A DNA stretch of 64,000 nt, from the NCBI GenBank assembly GCA_964604885.1, contig CAZSAB010000003.1, positions 28,335 to 92,334 of the forward strand. Reading direction: 5' to 3'. Source of the DNA: an uncultured archaeon. GTDB lineage: Archaea > Nanohalarchaeota > Nanosalinia > Nanosalinales > Nanosalinaceae. The translations under genes were made by a program, and so were the position numbers. Shown piece by piece: positions 18,037 through 27,810 of this stretch (position 1 is its first letter; every line of letters starts with the position of its first letter). The notes under the pieces are model-generated. The model searched no databases and had not been told where the DNA came from. It worked only from the letters and a program-made list of their open reading frames with translations.

Positions 18037-18156
18037 TATACTAACATGGTTTTTGGTTTGGTATAAAGTTTTCCAGAATGGAATCCTGGAAGGATTGTTG
18101 AGATTTGAGTCAGGATTTCAGCTTTATCATTAGCTTTTTATTACTTCTGTAATAAA

Positions 18157-18669
18157 TTGTATTACATGGTTGGTGTGGTGTTTGATGCCTCGGCCCTAAT
18201 ACTGATGGCAAAAATAGGGTTGCTGAAAGAGCTCTCAAAGGAAATCGATATACATACCACAGAAACCGTCTGCGAAGAAACAACCAGAGCAGAAACCTAT
18301 GACGCAGAAGTAATCCAGCAAAGATCAGAGAACAACCATTTTACCAGAGAAAAAGTTCCTGAAGAAAACATAGAAAAGATAATAGACAGATTCAACCTTG
18401 ACAAAGGAGAAGCATCAACAATAGCACTTCAAAGACAGATAAACGCAGATATAATCGCAACAGATGACAAACAAGCTATCAATGCCTGCAAAATACTGGA
18501 AATAAAATTTACAACAAGCTTAAAACTGCTTGGAAGAGCATATGAAAAAGAACTAATAAGCCAAGAAAAAGCCATGACTAAACTGAAAGAGCTTGACAAG
18601 CATGGCCGGTACAATGATAATCAGATAAAATCCACAGAACAAAACATTAGAGGTGAGAACCAAAAGTGA
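18157..18669 (+). CDS. PIN-domain protein (DUF3368-like), putative toxin
   Basis: VFDASALI, LDKGEASTIAL and IATDDKQA PIN acidic motifs. Confidence 0.85.
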   Translation: MYYMVGVVFDASALILMAKIGLLKELSKEIDIHTTETVCEETTRAETYDAEVIQQRSENNHFTREKVPEENIEKIIDRFNLDKGEASTIALQRQINADIIATDDKQAINACKILEIKFTTSLKLLGRAYEKELISQEKAMTKLKELDKHGRYNDNQIKSTEQNIRGENQK

Positions 18670-18962
18670 ACGATGTTGTAAGCTTCAGACTTTCCGAAAA
18701 AGAAAAACAGATTATAGAGGACATAGCTAGTGAAGAAGACAAGGACAAATCAGAAGTAGCAAGAGAACTTATAGATTACGGGGAAACCTTCAGAGCAGTA
18801 AAAAGATTCAAAGAGGGAAAAATATCAGTGGGGAAAATGGCTTCAGAACTTGACATAACTATTACCGAAGCCATGAGCCTACTAACCCGGCTAGGAATAG
18901 ACTCAGGAATAACACAAGAAGACCAGGTGGAAGCCAAAGAAAACTTGGAAGAAGTATGGTAA
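18666..18962 (+). CDS. UPF0175-family putative antitoxin with N-terminal ribbon-helix-helix
   Basis: VVSFRL...KSEVARELI; FKEGKISVGKMASELDITI. Confidence 0.8.
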   Translation: MNDVVSFRLSEKEKQIIEDIASEEDKDKSEVARELIDYGETFRAVKRFKEGKISVGKMASELDITITEAMSLLTRLGIDSGITQEDQVEAKENLEEVW

Positions 18963-19062
18963 AAAGCTTTCAAGGAGCTATCAAAGGTTCCTACCTCTCC
19001 TGTATTTGATTTCGAAGGGATGGGGCGACCAGTCGAAGGCCCGAGGAGTTGCCTGAAAAATA

Positions 19063-19527
19063 TTATTGGTTCTTCAAAATTATCTGTCCGGTTTCTTCTC
19101 CGTTTATTTTGAAGTAGTTGGCTCTTGGAAGCCGGGAATAGCCGCTGGGATTGAAGATGGTGGATTCTTCTGGACCAAGTTCAGCTTCTTTTTGTACATC
19201 ATTTGTCTCAAAGCTTAGTGAAACTGTTTCAGATCTTTGATTAACTATCTTGACAGTTTCGTTCTTTCTTATGCTTGTGCTGTACGGTTTGATTGTTTCT
19301 CCTATACTTATCTGCTTTTGATTCGGATCTTTGGATTCCTTTGAGTCGCCGAGGCCTAAATCAGGCGTAGCTATATTTATTTCCGACAAGCCAATTTTCT
19401 GCACTCCGTAAAAACCCCCAGATACTAACGGTACAGCGATTAAAGCTATTGCTGCGGCTTCTTTAAGCCTTCTCTTCCTTATACTTTTCTTCCTTAGTTC
19501 CTGTATCTGCTTTTTTTTCTCTTCCAT
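19063..19527 (-). CDS. Single-pass membrane protein, paralog of 11217-11948
   Basis: Basic N-terminus, TM helix, ETVKIVNQRSETVSLSF...ELGPEES. Confidence 0.5.
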   Translation of the reverse strand: MEEKKKQIQELRKKSIRKRRLKEAAAIALIAVPLVSGGFYGVQKIGLSEINIATPDLGLGDSKESKDPNQKQISIGETIKPYSTSIRKNETVKIVNQRSETVSLSFETNDVQKEAELGPEESTIFNPSGYSRLPRANYFKINGEETGQIILKNQ

Positions 19528-19610
19528 CTAGTTCAAAAATAGGGTTCCCGTGGTATAAATACTTTCCTCAATACTAAAACCGTTTAAAGATCACGGAAAC
19601 CATAATAATT

Positions 19611-21008
19611 ATGGCAGAGGAAATAGGAAAAAATCAGGAAAAATTCAACCATAAAACCACAGCAGACATAGAATACGATTCAGGGAAAGGCCTGACGGAA
19701 AAAGTAGTTAGAGAAATCTCAGAAGAGAAAGATGAGCCCGAATGGATGCTAAACAAGAGGCTTAAAGCATTTAAACATTTTAAAAATCGGCCGATGCCCG
19801 GATGGGGTCCAGACCTATCAGACCTAGACTTCTCAGATATAACACACTTTAAAACTGCTGAAGGAGAACAAGCCGAAGAATGGGATGAAGTACCGGAAGA
19901 AATCGAAGAAACATTCGACAAACTGGGGATTCCTGATGCCGAAAAAGAGGCACTGAGCGGAGTAGGAGCCCAATATGAGTCAGAAGTCGTTTACCAGAAC
20001 ATGAAAGAAAAATGGGAGGAAAAGGGAGTGATCTTCTGCGACATGGACAAAGCACTCCAAGAACACGAAGATCTCGTCAAAGAATACTTCATGAAAAGAT
20101 GTGTGCCTCCTCAGGACAATAAGTTCGCAGCATTACACGGAGCAGTATGGAGTGGAGGAAGTTTTGTCTACGTTCCTGAAGGCGTGGAAGTTGAAATCCC
20201 TGTTCAGGCTTATTTCAGGATGAACAGCAAAGGTATGGGACAGTTCGAACATACTTTGATTATAGCAGAGAAAAATAGCACTATCCACTATATTGAAGGA
20301 TGCTCCGCACCCCAGTACACGAGAAACAATCTTCACGCTGGTTGTGTCGAAGTATTCGTCAAAGAGAATGCTCATGTGCAGTATTCAACAGTTCAGAACT
20401 GGAGCAAGAACACTTACAACCTAAATACTAAGAGAGCTAAGGTAGACTCAGAAGGAGTCATGGAATGGGTTTCTGGCAGCATGGGGTCAAAAGTAACAAT
20501 GCTATACCCTTCTTCACATCTGAATGGTGAAGGCGCCAGAGCCAATCATATAACAATAGGGTTCGCAGGGAATGGTCAGAACATTGACACTGGGGCTAAA
20601 GTTGTGCATAATGCACCTAATACAAAATCCACAATTGAATCTAAATCTATTACGCAGGGAGATGGCCGAACCAACTATAGAGGGCTTGTTCGTGTTCCTG
20701 AGGGAAGCCATGGTAGTAAAGTCTCGATTGAATGTGATGCCCTCATGTTCTCAGATGAGGCAACTTCAGACACGGAGCCGTACATTGAGGTTAAGGAAGA
20801 CAATGTTGAGATGGCGCATGAAGCTACAGTCGGGAGGATCGGCGATGAAGAGATTCATTACATGCAGAGCAGAGGTATAGATGAGGAAGAAGCCAAGGAA
20901 ATGATTGTTAGAGGGTTTATCGAGCCAATTGCCAAGGAACTTCCTCTTGAGTATGCTGTTGAGTTGAATCGTTTGATTCAGCTGGAGATGGAGGGAAGTC
21001 TTGGATAG
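19611..21008 (+). CDS. sufB: Fe-S cluster assembly protein SufB
   Basis: GAQYESE, FAALHGAVWSGGSFVYVP, GQFEHTLIIA, YIEGCSAP and HEATVGRI motifs. Confidence 0.97.
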   Translation: MAEEIGKNQEKFNHKTTADIEYDSGKGLTEKVVREISEEKDEPEWMLNKRLKAFKHFKNRPMPGWGPDLSDLDFSDITHFKTAEGEQAEEWDEVPEEIEETFDKLGIPDAEKEALSGVGAQYESEVVYQNMKEKWEEKGVIFCDMDKALQEHEDLVKEYFMKRCVPPQDNKFAALHGAVWSGGSFVYVPEGVEVEIPVQAYFRMNSKGMGQFEHTLIIAEKNSTIHYIEGCSAPQYTRNNLHAGCVEVFVKENAHVQYSTVQNWSKNTYNLNTKRAKVDSEGVMEWVSGSMGSKVTMLYPSSHLNGEGARANHITIGFAGNGQNIDTGAKVVHNAPNTKSTIESKSITQGDGRTNYRGLVRVPEGSHGSKVSIECDALMFSDEATSDTEPYIEVKEDNVEMAHEATVGRIGDEEIHYMQSRGIDEEEAKEMIVRGFIEPIAKELPLEYAVELNRLIQLEMEGSLG

Positions 21009-21020
21009 AAGTGGTTAAAA

Positions 21021-22097
21021 ATGGAACTGGATAGTCTGCAAAAACCTTCACTGGAGCGATTGGAAATGCCGGAATCTATCAGGACACCTGGCAGAACATG
21101 GACACGCTACCCTGAAGACATACTTGACTTGGATGCTAAGGGAGTCATAGAACCGGAAATTGAGGTAGAAGGAGATATTAAAGTATTTAAAGGCGATGAA
21201 GCGTTTAGAGAGGCAGGGGAAAAGGCCTTCGATATGATCAAAACCGATGAGAACAAGTTGACTGCCTTACATGCGGCCAACCTTAACTCACTGATTTATG
21301 CAGAAGCATATGGACAGGCAGAAATCCACATCAGGTATGAGAGGGATGGACCGGTGCTCAGCCACTTAATCGTTACTGCAAAGGATAACTCAAATCTTAC
21401 TGTTACTGAGGAAACGGAGAGTGAAGAGTTCAATACATCATTCACAGAAATCTACGTGGGCGAAAACGCTTCTTTAGAATATGGTGCAGTTGAAAAACCA
21501 GGAAACTTTTCGTACAGCAGAAGAAAAGCGATAACAAAGAAATATGGGAAAATCAACTGGCTAAATGGAATGTTTACTGGTGATCTGAATAGGTCCAAGA
21601 TTGAAACTGTTCTGAAAGGGGATAACTCGGAGACGGAGATGAAAGGTGTCTGGTACCCAACAGACGAACAACACCACGATATTTCTCTGCATGTTAGGCA
21701 TATCGGCGACAATACGAAATGTGAAATGGATTCAAGAAGCGTTGTTGATCACAGGGCGAGAAGCCTTTATGAAGGGCTTCAAAAAGTTGAGGAGGAAGCT
21801 GTTGATACTTCCAGCTTCCAGGATCAGGAGTCACTGATGCTTTCTGATAATGCAGAGAGCGATGCCTCTCCCAAGTTGATGATTGAGGATCCAAATGTTG
21901 AGGCCAGTCACGCTGCGGCTGCTGGAACGGTAGAGAAGGATAAGCAGCACTATTTGGAGAGTAGAGGCCTGGACATGGAACAAGCTGAGAGACTGGTTGT
22001 CAAGGGTTTCTTCGAGCCAGTAATGGAACAGATTAAGGTGCCGCGAACCAAGAAGTCTATCAGGAGGGAAGTCCAGAGGAAGCTGGATGGGAAGTAG
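21021..22097 (+). CDS. sufD: Fe-S cluster assembly protein SufD
   Basis: SufBD beta-helix C-terminus ASPKLMI...EASHAAAAG...YLESRGL...LVVKGF. Confidence 0.9.
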   Translation: MELDSLQKPSLERLEMPESIRTPGRTWTRYPEDILDLDAKGVIEPEIEVEGDIKVFKGDEAFREAGEKAFDMIKTDENKLTALHAANLNSLIYAEAYGQAEIHIRYERDGPVLSHLIVTAKDNSNLTVTEETESEEFNTSFTEIYVGENASLEYGAVEKPGNFSYSRRKAITKKYGKINWLNGMFTGDLNRSKIETVLKGDNSETEMKGVWYPTDEQHHDISLHVRHIGDNTKCEMDSRSVVDHRARSLYEGLQKVEEEAVDTSSFQDQESLMLSDNAESDASPKLMIEDPNVEASHAAAAGTVEKDKQHYLESRGLDMEQAERLVVKGFFEPVMEQIKVPRTKKSIRREVQRKLDGK

Positions 22098-22099
22098 CT

Positions 22100-22657
22100 T
22101 CAATTTTTCTTTATTCGAATTTTGAGGTAATTCTCTAATTCCAATCTTAGATGGGTCTCTCTGCTTCCTGTGGCCTTAGCAAACATTGCTTCCTTGTTTA
22201 CGGCGTCTATAAAGGTGGCTGCAATTTCGGGGTTGAAATTGTCGTTGAATATTTCTTTTTTGCGGCCTTCTCTGAATATTTTTCTGAGTCTGTTCTTGTA
22301 GGTGTTTGAGAATTTATGAAATCTTTTTTTGTATTCTTCTTTTCTTACTGCCTGTGTACGGATCTCGGTCATGGCTTTGGCTGTCTCAATGTCTTGTTTG
22401 AATCCTATGAATGCTTTTTCCTCAAGTTCTGCTTCGGGTTTTTTCTCGGAGTCTCCCATACTGCATTCTGATAGTTCTTCGAGTTTATGATCCATAAAGT
22501 CTAAAAGTATCTCGTCTTTGCTATCGTAATGATGGTAGAGAAGTGACTTACTTTTGTCGAATTCATCGGCGATCTTCTGTATAGAGAGGCCGTTATAGCC
22601 GTGCTTTTTCAGGGCTGCATTAGTGGCGTTTATTATTTCCTGTTTTGATTCGTCCAT
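22100..22657 (-). CDS. TetR/AcrR family transcriptional regulator
   Basis: HGYNGLSIQKIADEFDKSKSLLYHHYDSKDEI helix-turn-helix. Confidence 0.92.
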   Translation of the reverse strand: MDESKQEIINATNAALKKHGYNGLSIQKIADEFDKSKSLLYHHYDSKDEILLDFMDHKLEELSECSMGDSEKKPEAELEEKAFIGFKQDIETAKAMTEIRTQAVRKEEYKKRFHKFSNTYKNRLRKIFREGRKKEIFNDNFNPEIAATFIDAVNKEAMFAKATGSRETHLRLELENYLKIRIKKN

Positions 22658-22709
22658 ACTGACTGAACGTTCATTCAGTTTTATAATGTTTCTGTTAACT
22701 TAATTATGC

Positions 22710-23810
22710 GTGAAGTATAACCCTTTAGATAAGTTGGCGGAAGCCCAGATAGAGAACACAAAGATAATATTAACTGCAGGTATTTTTTTGACTGCTCTGC
22801 TTGCTACAGGTCTTCCGAGTATTCAGTTGGAGACTGATTTTCAGTCAAGTCTTCCTGATGACCTAGCTCCTATACAGACTCAAGAAAAAGTCGAGTCTGA
22901 GTTTCGTTCTTCATCTTCAATAATAATCTTGTTTCAGGTTAATGATGAGTCGAAGGAGGAAAGCTTTGTCACAGATGTAAGAGATCAAAGGGTGATTAGG
23001 ATGCAGAGGGCCTTGGCTGATGAGCTTAGGGCTGAGAGTATTGTAGGCGAAGTAAGGTCAAGTGCTTCGATTTTTGATGAAATCCCTGAATCGAAGAAGC
23101 AGGTAAAGAGGAGGGTTGAAAGTTCCGGACAAGGTTCCCAGCTGTATAACCGGGATTTTACAGCTACTCAGATGTTTGTCACTTTGGATGAATCGATGAA
23201 TGAAGAAAATATAAGAAAGGCAAATCAGAAGATCAGGGAAAACCTTGAGCAGACACCTAAGCAGCCAGGAATAGATATTACGATTACAGGTAATCCTGTA
23301 ATAAGGACGGATATTGGTGATATCTTGGTCCAAGACTCTGTCACCACTATTAGCGCTGCCTCACTTCTAATCTTAACATTACTAACATTTACTCGTGGAA
23401 GAGTTTATGGACCTATTACTTTTTTGCCTTTGTTTGTAGGCTTGATCTGGACTTTAGGTACTATGGGGCTTGCATCTATTCCTTTAACTATTGCTACGAT
23501 AGCTCTTGGAGCGATGATTCTGGGATTGGGCGTTGAGTACGGTTCTTTTATAACTGAGAGGATACTGGAAGAGAAGAAAAAACAAGGATCTGTGGAAGAC
23601 GCAGTAAGAGAAGCAGTACCGACCACAGGTCTTGCTATACTTGGCTCATCCATGACGACGGTCGTGGGTTTTTCCGCACTTCTAATAGCTTCCATTTCAT
23701 TCATCAGGGATCTAGGCTTAACTTTGTCAATAGGTATTATTCTCACTCTCACCTCCGCACTTGTTTTAACACCCTCACTAATAATTGAATTCGAGAGGTG
23801 GAGAAGATGA
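22710..23810 (+). CDS. RND/MMPL family transporter (half-size)
   Basis: N-terminal TM, extracellular loop, ITGNPVI, six C-terminal TMs with LGLGVEYG. Confidence 0.85.
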   Translation: MKYNPLDKLAEAQIENTKIILTAGIFLTALLATGLPSIQLETDFQSSLPDDLAPIQTQEKVESEFRSSSSIIILFQVNDESKEESFVTDVRDQRVIRMQRALADELRAESIVGEVRSSASIFDEIPESKKQVKRRVESSGQGSQLYNRDFTATQMFVTLDESMNEENIRKANQKIRENLEQTPKQPGIDITITGNPVIRTDIGDILVQDSVTTISAASLLILTLLTFTRGRVYGPITFLPLFVGLIWTLGTMGLASIPLTIATIALGAMILGLGVEYGSFITERILEEKKKQGSVEDAVREAVPTTGLAILGSSMTTVVGFSALLIASISFIRDLGLTLSIGIILTLTSALVLTPSLIIEFERWRR

Positions 23811-24964
23811 TTGAAAAATTTATAGAGAGCTATTCCAGTAAAATAGTTGACCACCCGATTAAATTACTCGCTGCATTAATTATTTCAGCTATAGTTGTTG
23901 CTACGGGAGCTACAAATATTGAGAATGTAAGCCAAAATAATGAGGACTTCCTTCCAGATACTGTTGAGTCCGTGAAGGCTTTCGATGTTATAGGAGCCGA
24001 GTTCGGCCAGGGAGGAGGTGGAACCACCTACACAGTTCTGCTACAGGCTTCTCCTAACTATCCAGACTCCAATGAAATTAGAGACGTAAGAAGCCCAGAA
24101 ATGTTAAGGTATATAGAAACAATCTCAAATGATTTTGAGTCAATGGACAACGTGGTGACTGTAAATTCGGCGGCAGATCTTGTGGACAATCCTGCGAACA
24201 AGAGGGAGGCTAAAACTCAATTAAAGGAGTCGGGCACAGCTTCAAGATATATATCTGAGGACTACAGCTTCACAATATTGAGAATTTCATCGACGGACAT
24301 CAGCTCAAACGAGCAAAGTGAGTTGGCGAGCAGGATCAGGACTTCCGTTGAGAGAAATGATAAGCCCGCTGGAATCAAGGCGGGTTATACAGGTCAGCCT
24401 TTCATTAATCAGGCATTTCAAAGGGAGAGTCAAAGCACTCAAGGTCAAACATCATTGCTTTCTATCATAGGAGTATTTCTACTGGTTGTACTGCTTTTCA
24501 AGTCAGTCATTAAAGGCTTTACGTCTCTCTCCGCACTGATATTTGGTATTGTAACTGGTATAGGTGTCTTCGGCTGGCTGGGATTCAATCTTAGTCCTGC
24601 AACTTCTGGTTCTATTTCAATGGGTATGGGTATCGCTATAGACTTTGGCATACAGACCGTTTCTCGGTACAGAGATGAGAGGGAAAGGTTTGGAATTGAA
24701 CAGGCCTTGTCAAAAATGATACAAGGTGTAATCAATCCAATGACCATAGCACTTATAGCGGCAACAATAGGATTCACAGCCCTGTCATTCGGAAGAATCA
24801 CTTTCCTTTCTGAACTTGGAACGTTGCTTACCTTAACAACTTTATTCGCTTACATAGGGGCCCTAACACTTATCCCAATTCTACTAGTTCTGTATGATCA
24901 GAAGATATCAGGAAAAATGACAGAAAGCATTTACCAAAAAATACTAGGTGTAACACAACAATGA
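23798..24964 (+). CDS. RND/MMPL family transporter (half-size)
   Basis: Same layout as the upstream gene; YTGQPFI and MGIAIDFGIQ motifs. Confidence 0.85.
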   Translation: MEKMIEKFIESYSSKIVDHPIKLLAALIISAIVVATGATNIENVSQNNEDFLPDTVESVKAFDVIGAEFGQGGGGTTYTVLLQASPNYPDSNEIRDVRSPEMLRYIETISNDFESMDNVVTVNSAADLVDNPANKREAKTQLKESGTASRYISEDYSFTILRISSTDISSNEQSELASRIRTSVERNDKPAGIKAGYTGQPFINQAFQRESQSTQGQTSLLSIIGVFLLVVLLFKSVIKGFTSLSALIFGIVTGIGVFGWLGFNLSPATSGSISMGMGIAIDFGIQTVSRYRDERERFGIEQALSKMIQGVINPMTIALIAATIGFTALSFGRITFLSELGTLLTLTTLFAYIGALTLIPILLVLYDQKISGKMTESIYQKILGVTQQ

Positions 24965-26178
24965 AAACAAAAATTACAACGACATTAATGCTTGCAGCCT
25001 TTCTTACAGGCTTTGCAGCAACACAAACAACAACAGGACCATCGACAAATCTTGAAGCAACCTTTATAGACTCTGAACCAGACAAACTACAATCCGGTGA
25101 AGATGGAGATATCACATTTAAGCTTGTCAACAATGGAGATATTGAGGCAGAAAACGTACAAGTTCAGCTTGTGGACAACTATCCTTTCGAAGTCAAGCCA
25201 GATAGAAAAACTAACTACTCACTTGGCACGTTAAACCCAAGACAAGAGTATCAGATCTCCACTGAAGTGTTGGTGGCTGAAGATGCTCCAGACGGAGCCA
25301 ACAACTTTAGAATCAGGATAACGAATGGAGGCTTCAGTAAAACAGTGAATGTACCAGTGGAAGTTCAAAGCAAAAACATTGACTTGAACCTGGCGAATCT
25401 TCAGACACAGCCACAGCAGTTGATGCCTGACACAGAGAACAATGTATTGACAGTGGAGGTAGTGAACAATGGAGAGAAAACAGCAGAAAACACAGTCCTT
25501 GACCTACAGCTTCCAGATTACTTTGAAAGAACCTCCAGCTTCTCATCGCGCCAGGCTTTAGGAAACCTTGCAGCGGGAAAGGTTAAACCAGCTGAGTTCA
25601 ACTTTGACATCAGCGAGGATGCTCCATCTGGACTGAACACGATCCAAGGATCAATGACTTACACCTCGGGCGATTCAAGCTCAGATGTTACAGAAGATGT
25701 CAGCTTCGAGGTAAACATTGAGGGAAGACCGCAGTTCGAGATTAAAGGGGTTGAGAGCAGCCTTCAAACAGGTTCAAGTAGAGATTTAAGATTGAATGTC
25801 CAGAACACTGGAGAAGATGAATCATCATCAACCAGGATCAGGGTGCTAGACTCTTCGGATCAGCCGTTTACATATGACTCATCGAGCAAGTACATTGGTA
25901 CCTTGAAACCGAATCAGACGGGAACCGCAGTTTTCAATGTTGACACTGAATCAGCCGCCTCTGTAAAAGATTATTTGATCGACTTCGAAGTCAGAGGAGT
26001 CAAAGGCACAGAGGTATTCGTTGAAGACTCGACGATTGAAGCGTCGGTCAGTGACGGAGAATCGAATTCCTCGTCAGCAAACGGCGTGTTACCTGTGTTA
26101 GCAGCACTTGCAATATTGGGAGTCTTAGGATTTGTCTTCAGAGGCAGAATCAGGGAAAAACTCGATAGTGAGGGGTAG
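24961..26178 (+). CDS. COG1361-type S-layer-domain / Ig-like repeat protein with C-terminal TM
   Basis: Signal peptide; repeated V.N.G...A.N and LG.L.PG motifs; C-terminal TM; usual partner of archaeal RND pairs. Confidence 0.75.
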   Translation: MKTKITTTLMLAAFLTGFAATQTTTGPSTNLEATFIDSEPDKLQSGEDGDITFKLVNNGDIEAENVQVQLVDNYPFEVKPDRKTNYSLGTLNPRQEYQISTEVLVAEDAPDGANNFRIRITNGGFSKTVNVPVEVQSKNIDLNLANLQTQPQQLMPDTENNVLTVEVVNNGEKTAENTVLDLQLPDYFERTSSFSSRQALGNLAAGKVKPAEFNFDISEDAPSGLNTIQGSMTYTSGDSSSDVTEDVSFEVNIEGRPQFEIKGVESSLQTGSSRDLRLNVQNTGEDESSSTRIRVLDSSDQPFTYDSSSKYIGTLKPNQTGTAVFNVDTESAASVKDYLIDFEVRGVKGTEVFVEDSTIEASVSDGESNSSSANGVLPVLAALAILGVLGFVFRGRIREKLDSEG

Positions 26179-26210
26179 CGGGGTTGACCCCTCTACTTTA
26201 ACTATTTTTT
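26175..26210 (+). terminator. Possible hairpin plus T-tract after the RND operon
   Basis: gtag-c-ggggt-tg-acccc-t-ctac followed by an AT/T-rich tract. Confidence 0.4.
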
Positions 26211-26246
26211 AAATCTGTTAAAATATTTTAGAGTTCAGAAATAGCA

Positions 26247-27779
26247 ATGAAGCATAGTATAATTGTGGAAGTCTTTTCAGACCTCTTCTCCATCTTTAAA
26301 AACCAGTTTAAGTCTAAGGAAGAGCTTGATCTACTTAAAGGTCATGTAGGGAAGAATTTGTTCTATCTTTCTCTGCCTGTAATTGTAATCAATCTTTTAC
26401 AAGTAGCTTATAACTTGGCAGATACTTTCTGGCTTGGACAGTACAGTGGAGAGGCATTGACGGCTATCACTTTCGCCTTCCCGCTTGTATTTTTACTTGT
26501 TTCCCTAGGTATGGGTCTTGCTGTAGCAGGGAGCGTATTAGTAGCACAATTTGAGGGTTCTGGTGAAACGGATAAAAGAGATTACGCAGCTTCCCAAACT
26601 ATTGCTTTCTCTGCTCTGGCCTCTATTGTACTAGGTCTTTCTGGTTACTTTTTCATTGGCGACATCGTAGGCCTTCTCGGAGCCTCAGGACCTGTAGCGG
26701 CTTCCGCCTCTGGATACTTACAAATAATCTCGATAGGTCTGTTCTCATTGTTTGGATTCCTTGTATTCCAGTCGCTGATGAGAGGCTTCGGAGACACTGT
26801 TACACCGATGCTGCTGATGTTGGGCACGGTAATTCTGAATATTATAATTGATCCATTTTTTATTTTCGGCTGGTGGATTATCCCTGAGATGGGGGTAGAA
26901 GGTGCAGCAGTAGCCACAGTACTTGCAAGAACGCTCTCACTCTGCATAGGTATAGGTCTGCTTTTCAAAGGAGTTAGAGGCCCTCAGATCTCATTAGGCG
27001 AGATGAAACCTGACTTTGGTTTTTTTAAGAAGATGATGGCGATTGGTATACCGGCTACGGTGGAAGGGGCGGGACGCTCAATTTCAGTCAACGCATTGAC
27101 AGCAGTAGTAGGCTGGACATTTGCAGGTCCAGTAGTTGCAGGATTTGGAATTGGAGTTAGGATCTTCTCGATGATCTTCCTCCCGGCCGCTGCTGTAGGC
27201 AGAGGAGTCGAATCGATGACAGGTCAAAATCTGGGGGCAGGGAACTACGATAGGGCTGGGAAGACAGCGAGTGAGGGCGCAAAATACAGCTTCTTTATTG
27301 TAACATTGCTCGGAGTCTTGACATTCATCTTCGCTGACCAGATAGCAGGAGTATTTATTGGAAGCGGACAAGAAAACAGTGAATTAATTGCAAGCACCGG
27401 CGCAGAGTTTCTTAGATACGTTGCATTAAGTTTCGGGTTTATTGGAATACTAAGATCATATAATGGATCATTCAGAGGGGCAGGAAAAACAGTGACAGCA
27501 GCAATTATCTCAATTTCCACTCTAGGCGTAATCAGATTGCCAATAGCCTACTGGGGAGCAATAAATATAGGGACAAAAGGGGTCTGGGCTGCATTCTTTA
27601 TTTCTAATATCGCAGGAGCAGCGATCGCCTATCTGTGGTACCAAAGAGGCACATGGAGACAGTCAATCACAGAAGATGACAAGGCAAAAGGTGATATAGC
27701 AGAGGAAAATGAAGGATTCAGGGAGAACCTCATAGAAAAATTAGGCCTGAAAAATCTCTGCCCTGATTTCCTCAAATGA
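26247..27779 (+). CDS. MATE family efflux transporter
   Basis: LQVAYNLADTFWLG, MRGFGDTVTPM, GVEGAAVATV and GQNLGAG motifs. Confidence 0.93.
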   Translation: MKHSIIVEVFSDLFSIFKNQFKSKEELDLLKGHVGKNLFYLSLPVIVINLLQVAYNLADTFWLGQYSGEALTAITFAFPLVFLLVSLGMGLAVAGSVLVAQFEGSGETDKRDYAASQTIAFSALASIVLGLSGYFFIGDIVGLLGASGPVAASASGYLQIISIGLFSLFGFLVFQSLMRGFGDTVTPMLLMLGTVILNIIIDPFFIFGWWIIPEMGVEGAAVATVLARTLSLCIGIGLLFKGVRGPQISLGEMKPDFGFFKKMMAIGIPATVEGAGRSISVNALTAVVGWTFAGPVVAGFGIGVRIFSMIFLPAAAVGRGVESMTGQNLGAGNYDRAGKTASEGAKYSFFIVTLLGVLTFIFADQIAGVFIGSGQENSELIASTGAEFLRYVALSFGFIGILRSYNGSFRGAGKTVTAAIISISTLGVIRLPIAYWGAINIGTKGVWAAFFISNIAGAAIAYLWYQRGTWRQSITEDDKAKGDIAEENEGFRENLIEKLGLKNLCPDFLK

Positions 27780-27810
27780 AGATAAAAGAATCACTCTAGA
27801 AACTTGGATC

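Noticed and set aside
19020-19055. GC-rich patch after the antitoxin gene, possible tRNA fragment or att site
   Set aside because: No convincing cloverleaf arms and no second copy found in the window.
4566-19527. Fibre locus as an integrated provirus or tailocin
   Set aside because: No capsid, terminase, portal, sheath, tube, integrase or att repeat recognised, and the fibre-like genes carry signal peptides.
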